Source of the DNA: Deferribacterales bacterium
GTDB lineage: Bacteria > Chrysiogenota > Deferribacteres > Deferribacterales > Geovibrionaceae
Assembly: GCA_050253075.1 (NCBI GenBank)
Contig: JBFWJS010000003.1
Span: forward strand, 405,972 to 469,971
DNA length: 64,000 nucleotides
Direction: 5' to 3'
The notes under the pieces were generated by a model, which worked only from the letters and a program-made list of their open reading frames with translations, was not told the DNA's origin and did no database searches. How positions within the stretch are numbered: position 1 is the stretch's first letter; each line of letters opens with the position of its first letter. A program made the position numbers and the translations under genes. Positions 59,785 to 64,000 of this stretch are shown here, one piece after another.

Positions 59785-59953
59785 AAAAAAAGGTGCAAAG
59801 TATATAACCTTGCACCTTATTCCTAAATCGGGATGACTGGATTTGAACTATAATTTTGCCGTCCAATGCGGTTCTGAGCCCCTTATTTCAGAGGGTTCAT
59901 ACCGCTCACATCCGCTCAAGACCACTTTAAGTGTGACAAATCCTGTGACAAAA
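59785..59953. repeat. Attachment region: terminator, tRNA core and arm-type repeats
   Basis: AAGGTGCAAAG/CTTGCACCTT hairpin, tRNA fragment, CCGCTCA x2, TGTGACAAA x2 (59932, 59944). Confidence 0.85.
59828..59848 (-). pseudogene. tRNA-Pro-type 3' fragment (att core), not a full tRNA
   Basis: Minus strand reads GTTCAAATCCAGTCATCCCGA, a T-loop, T-stem and acceptor strand matching a tRNA that starts CGGGATG. The 5' half is absent. Confidence 0.8.
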
Positions 59954-60043
59954 TTTCGAATATCTACATCATGAGACACAAAGTCTATTCGCAAACTAAT
60001 TCGCATAATGTATAATCGCATATTGTAGTTGTGAGGTTTATTT

Positions 60044-62533
60044 ATGAGTGAAGTTCAGATTTGTCCAATTTGCGGGGCAGAATCTTTTGAAAATCAAACA
60101 GAATGCATACTCCATTGTAAGAAAAACGAATGGTATTCAGCAGGTAATGAAATAACTACCCATAAAAATGAAAAAACTTTCTGGAGTGCATTTCAAAAAT
60201 CTCTTGGTTTACATACAGTCTTTGACAATTACAAACAAAAATTTTCAACAATAATCAGCGATGCTTTAGTTTTGACTAAAAAAAACTACAAATACCAACG
60301 CGACTTGAAATTTTCACAAGAGCTTCATGAAAAACTCATGTCTCTAGTAAGGCAAGAGAAGTACAATATCAATTTCAAACAGTTCATAGATAGCTTATAT
60401 GCAATAGGTAACAACGATATCAATGATGAATTACTAAATTTTAGAGCAAATTGTATTGATGTAATAGAAGAAATATTTGATGCAATAAAACAGCACCTGA
60501 CTGTTGATATAACCATAATCAAAGGCGTTATATTTCCAAAAATAAGTTATTTCGGTTTACTAACAGAAAATAATTTTAATTTATTAGCTGAAAAAAATAA
60601 CAACACAGGGTCCACTTTAAGCTTGTTAGCAACTTTTACCTTTCAAGATTGCCATTTCTATGGTCAAGCTAGATTTATAGAAATATTCAAACATAGTACA
60701 ATTGATTCAACGGCAATAGACTGCATATTTCATCAGTGTACTTTTCATAAATATGTTGAGTTTAAACATAACGACGATATTGGATTACATTTCTATTCCT
60801 GCATTTTTAATGGACAAATAAAAACTAACAGAAATGGCAATCAAGTTAAACACACCTCGAACGTCACGATAAATAAATCTATCCTCAATAACGAAGTAAC
60901 ACTAAACACAAGAGAGCTAAAGCTCGCTGAGTCTGAATTTAATGCTAAAACAACACTCAACGGCGGAAAGATAGCCTCTGATAAATGCAAATTTACAGAT
61001 GAAGTCATATATAGCAATTGCACGTTAACAGACCAGAAAAGTAGATTTTCCAATAAGCTTAATATTCCAAATGGAGTAAAAAACAATCTTACTTTTGAGA
61101 AATCAATATTCATGAAAGACTGTTTCGTAGGTAGCAGTTGTAATATTATATTTAATTTTTGCAAATTAAATGATGTTAAGTACACACAGAACGGAAATAC
61201 TCTAGAGATCTCAGGAGATGTAGCAGGTAATATTCAAATAGAGTCGCAGGAAAATACGAGGAATAATTTTAATAACATTAATATTAACCTAAACCATGCC
61301 AACAGCATATTAATTAACGGATATACAGCTCAGTCTGAAACAATGACTACTCAAATGATTAATACCACATCTTCAAATATAAATATACGATTCTGTACAA
61401 AAAATGTAATTATATACAATTGTGAAATTACCAATGGTTTTATTCTTAGCGTTGATGAATGTAATAAATTACTTCTTATTAAATCTAACATTTATTGCGA
61501 GTCAAATATCAGCGTAGGAAATATAAGCAATATTTTGAAAATTAATCAGTGCGTACTTAGGAATAGTTTCGTACTTCAGCAAAATACTAATCTCACTAAT
61601 AATATAAACTACATTCAAATTACAAATTCTAAGCTCTCTGACACCTCTGAGGTAATTCTAAAAGATATTAGTTTGAACCAATTAGAATTAAGCAATCTAC
61701 TAAATTATTCAAAATTCTTTAAAGTTAGTAATGTCAAAATAACAAAGTCGCTAAAAATTTCTGAATCATTAATACCGAGTTTGTACCTTACTGGAATAAT
61801 CTTTGATAAAGGTATTTCAGAAATAACCTTCAAAGATACCTCATTTATGGATGTCTCATTCAATAATGTTATTTGGCCTGAAAACCTTGAATTCATTTTT
61901 AATAAAGAAGAATCGCACCCTAAAAATAGAGATACATGCAGACAACTAAAAAAAGTGCATGAGAACCAAGGCAATATTATAGATTCGAACCGTTTTTATG
62001 CTCTTGAAATGAAAGCGTACGGCAAGACAATCCCCAAATTAAGATTAAGTGAAAAAATAATTTTTGGCTTAGGAGAGAAAACCTCAAATTTCGCACAAGA
62101 TTGGACTCTCCCGCTATTTTGGATGTTCACTCTTGCATTGTATAACCTTGTATTTAATGTTGCATATAAGTGCGACCATTTACGGTTAATAGAAATTCTT
62201 CCCAAAGAAATCTATGCAGCAATAGTTCCGATAGTATTATTTAGTATAGTTAGCTCAATATTTATTATAAAAAAAACGCGAAAATATAAGCGTATTATTT
62301 TTTTAAGCACTTCGTCAATAATCACTTTTATCTTATATGGATATACTTTCGTATCTTCTAATATTATTTCAAGTTACATAATATATCCTATTGAAAGATT
62401 AATCAGAGTCTTTAACCCCTTAGATATTAAAACAGCAGACGGACATCCAATACTTTGGTTTACATCAAAAGCAATTTTTGCATTTTTACTTTATCAGTTT
62501 GTTGTAGCAACTAGAAGGCAAACGAAAAGATAA
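60044..62533 (+). CDS. Large pentapeptide-repeat-like beta-helix protein with N-terminal Cys/His motif and C-terminal TM helices
   Basis: CPIC...CILHC, repeated F-x-x-C-x-F strands, RDTCRQLK...NRFYALEM, hydrophobic C-terminus; RBS GAGG. Confidence 0.75.
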   Translation: MSEVQICPICGAESFENQTECILHCKKNEWYSAGNEITTHKNEKTFWSAFQKSLGLHTVFDNYKQKFSTIISDALVLTKKNYKYQRDLKFSQELHEKLMSLVRQEKYNINFKQFIDSLYAIGNNDINDELLNFRANCIDVIEEIFDAIKQHLTVDITIIKGVIFPKISYFGLLTENNFNLLAEKNNNTGSTLSLLATFTFQDCHFYGQARFIEIFKHSTIDSTAIDCIFHQCTFHKYVEFKHNDDIGLHFYSCIFNGQIKTNRNGNQVKHTSNVTINKSILNNEVTLNTRELKLAESEFNAKTTLNGGKIASDKCKFTDEVIYSNCTLTDQKSRFSNKLNIPNGVKNNLTFEKSIFMKDCFVGSSCNIIFNFCKLNDVKYTQNGNTLEISGDVAGNIQIESQENTRNNFNNININLNHANSILINGYTAQSETMTTQMINTTSSNINIRFCTKNVIIYNCEITNGFILSVDECNKLLLIKSNIYCESNISVGNISNILKINQCVLRNSFVLQQNTNLTNNINYIQITNSKLSDTSEVILKDISLNQLELSNLLNYSKFFKVSNVKITKSLKISESLIPSLYLTGIIFDKGISEITFKDTSFMDVSFNNVIWPENLEFIFNKEESHPKNRDTCRQLKKVHENQGNIIDSNRFYALEMKAYGKTIPKLRLSEKIIFGLGEKTSNFAQDWTLPLFWMFTLALYNLVFNVAYKCDHLRLIEILPKEIYAAIVPIVLFSIVSSIFIIKKTRKYKRIIFLSTSSIITFILYGYTFVSSNIISSYIIYPIERLIRVFNPLDIKTADGHPILWFTSKAIFAFLLYQFVVATRRQTKR

Positions 62534-62692
62534 TAATGACTCTTTGGGTCAAATTAATGCTTAAATATATGCAAATGTTGTGGCGCAATGAGCCATATTC
62601 TGTCTTGTTGATTATACATTATGCTCATAGTGTCGCTTTCAATAAAGTGTAATAATATTAATGCGCAATATATGCTGTATTATCAATGATAT

Positions 62693-62830
62693 TTACATCA
62701 CTCTAATCAATATTTGAAGTATAAAAATGAACATAAAATAGTATAGGCCCAGAGAATAGCCTTCTCTAAAAGATAATTTGTTCATAGGTTTATTCATAAT
62801 TTTATTAATTCTAGCTAGGTACTTAAACAT
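62693..62830 (-). CDS. Possible 45-aa membrane peptide or truncated gene
   Basis: RBS GGGAG then MFKYLARINKIMNKPMNKLSFREGYSLGLYYFMFIFILQILIRVM*; below the ORF-track cutoff. Confidence 0.35.
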   Translation of the reverse strand: MFKYLARINKIMNKPMNKLSFREGYSLGLYYFMFIFILQILIRVM

Positions 62831-62843
62831 AATATACTCCCGT

Positions 62844-62923
62844 TTTCGGATAACCGTAAGATTTAATTAATAATACTTTCGGTTTACCGAAAATGCAAGT
62901 AAAAAATTTGCGTTTTTCCGAAA
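62844..62923. promoter_or_regulatory. Three operator-like TTTCGG-N4-CCGAAA palindromes
   Basis: TTTCGGATAACCGTAA (62844), TTTCGGTTTACCGAAA (62877) and TTGCGTTTTTCCGAAA (62908). Confidence 0.65.
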
Positions 62924-62942
62924 AGAATTGTATTAAATTGAT

Positions 62943-63149
62943 ATGGTAGATATCAGATTAAAAGAAGAGTACCTAGCCCAGCTCAGGGAGAGGTATAACA
63001 CAAACACATTAGGCAAGATCCTGAACTACGACACAGCATTCAAGCTGCTTAAAGATGGTAATGCAAACATCACCATGCGCAACTTTTACAAACTCTGCAA
63101 AGCTATGGACTGGGAATTTCATTTCGCTGTTAAAGGAGAGGAAAAGTAA
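62943..63149 (+). CDS. Small Cro/C1-like helix-turn-helix protein
   Basis: 68 aa; NITMRNFYKLCKAMD resembles the Xre-family C-terminal helix; preceded by triple operators. Confidence 0.6.
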   Translation: MVDIRLKEEYLAQLRERYNTNTLGKILNYDTAFKLLKDGNANITMRNFYKLCKAMDWEFHFAVKGEEK

Positions 63150-63150
63150 G

Positions 63151-63999
63151 TCAGCCTGAAACCCTATTCTCTTGAATTTCCTTAAGAGTTACTCCACTCT
63201 CATTCTTCCAATCTATGCGTCCGTTAGAGCTTCTGGCAAGAAAAAGTCCTGAGGCCTGTGATGGAGATGTAAAAGTATAGTCCTGAGTTAATACATAGGA
63301 CTTACCATCTTCAATAAAAATCTTTTCTTTAATAAAGTGCTCAATTCTTTTGATATCAGTACCAGTAAGAGAGTTAGGATTACCTCTTCTGGCTTTTGAG
63401 CCACTTAAAACGACAAACCCCTTTGATGATTCATAACCTTGAGCTTCGGCATCTTTCCCTTTAAGGTATAGTATTTCTTTATCTGCTTCTTTTACGTCTG
63501 GTTTCTCAAATGCAGTCAGCCCCAACAAAGGATATATGTCAAATATTTCTCTCAGAAAGCCTTCACCAATTGCTTTTTCCATTTCACTAAGATTAGGTAG
63601 AGTTGGTTTTACATTATTATCTAATTGTACTCGTTTCGCATCTTTGGCTATACGTATTAGTTCAGACTCTAAATACTGAATATGGGCTTTATTAAGTTCA
63701 TTATTCGATGAACAGAAGAAAACACACCATGTCCAAAAGTCCTTATTAGCATAATGAGTTTCTAGCCGAGGTTTTACAGGATCCCCCTCACCTATATATA
63801 TCATTGGCTGGTCATCTAGGCTGGTCCCTACAAGCACATAAACACCTGGTTGCTGAAACTCATCACGACTTTTAACGTCAAGCAGGTCATTTCTAGAAAA
63901 TACAACACCTTTGCCAGACCAACCAGTTTTACTGATAATCCTTAGACCATCTGGCTTACCATCAGCCAAGAAGATATTTATGCTATAGGGATGAGTCAT
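63151..63999 (-). CDS. GIY-YIG nuclease with C-terminal DUF4357-like domain
   Basis: GVYVL...YIGE...RLETH...YLE; C-terminal FTSPSQAS...NGRIDWK. Confidence 0.85.
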   Translation of the reverse strand: MTHPYSINIFLADGKPDGLRIISKTGWSGKGVVFSRNDLLDVKSRDEFQQPGVYVLVGTSLDDQPMIYIGEGDPVKPRLETHYANKDFWTWCVFFCSSNNELNKAHIQYLESELIRIAKDAKRVQLDNNVKPTLPNLSEMEKAIGEGFLREIFDIYPLLGLTAFEKPDVKEADKEILYLKGKDAEAQGYESSKGFVVLSGSKARRGNPNSLTGTDIKRIEHFIKEKIFIEDGKSYVLTQDYTFTSPSQASGLFLARSSNGRIDWKNESGVTLKEIQENRVSG

Positions 64000-64000
64000 T

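Larger units (their letters stand above)
40730..59848. mobile_element. About 19-kb genomic island at a tRNA-Pro-type att array, no integrase
   Basis: Flanking direct repeats, tRNA 3'-end fragment at the right end, self-contained co-oriented cargo that looks more AT-rich than the backbone. Confidence 0.75.
59828..64000. mobile_element. End of a second tRNA-Pro-integrated island, continuing beyond the window
   Basis: Intact att core with arm repeats, followed by very AT-rich cargo, an HTH gene and a GIY-YIG gene. Confidence 0.65.

Noticed and set aside
59828..59848. Functional tRNA gene
   Set aside because: Only the T-loop and 3' acceptor strand are present. The adjacent sequence cannot form D or anticodon arms, so it is treated as an att core.
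287..62205. Numerous short antisense or alternate-frame ORFs in the track (e.g. 287-775, 7809-8396, 11632-12447, 13270-13899, 45049-45663, 54561-55232)
   Set aside because: They lie largely or wholly over well-supported genes and show no recognisable motifs

Overview
Bacterial chromosomal window from a Gram-negative, probably anaerobic organism. It looks Deferribacterota-like, but that is an impression, not a database result. It falls into four zones. (1) 1-29 kb is housekeeping backbone: rhodanese 3' end, AKR/TetR, a Na+-translocating methylmalonyl-CoA-decarboxylase-type operon (mmdA-D-C-B), two GGDEF proteins, pabABC, tex, the ftsE-ftsX-envC-ctpA-deacetylase-tsaD-dusB operon and rmuC. (2) 29-40.7 kb is a string of small regulator/effector stress cassettes (CueO, LysR/YeiH, Usp, ArsR/permease/thioredoxin, tautomerase/HxlR, DJ-1/GlxA) plus an autotransporter. 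(3) 40.7-59.8 kb is a 19-kb island without an integrase. It is bounded by direct repeats of a tRNA-Pro-type attachment region and encodes a self-contained, sigma54-controlled anaerobic acyl-CoA pathway: porin, BaiF/CaiB-type CoA transferase, two MFS transporters, CoA ligase, DinB/TIGR03084-like protein, enhancer-binding protein, atypical FadH-like flavoenzyme, enoyl-CoA hydratase, YdiO/CaiA-like dehydrogenase, MBL hydrolase and FixABCX. Its substrate is unknown. (4) 59.85-64 kb is the end of a second, AT-rich island with an intact tRNA-Pro 3' core. It carries a large beta-helix membrane protein, a small HTH gene behind three operator-like palindromes, and a GIY-YIG/DUF4357 nuclease. No rRNA, complete tRNA, CRISPR array, transposase or integrase is visible. 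Family calls come from motif recognition by eye, not from searches.
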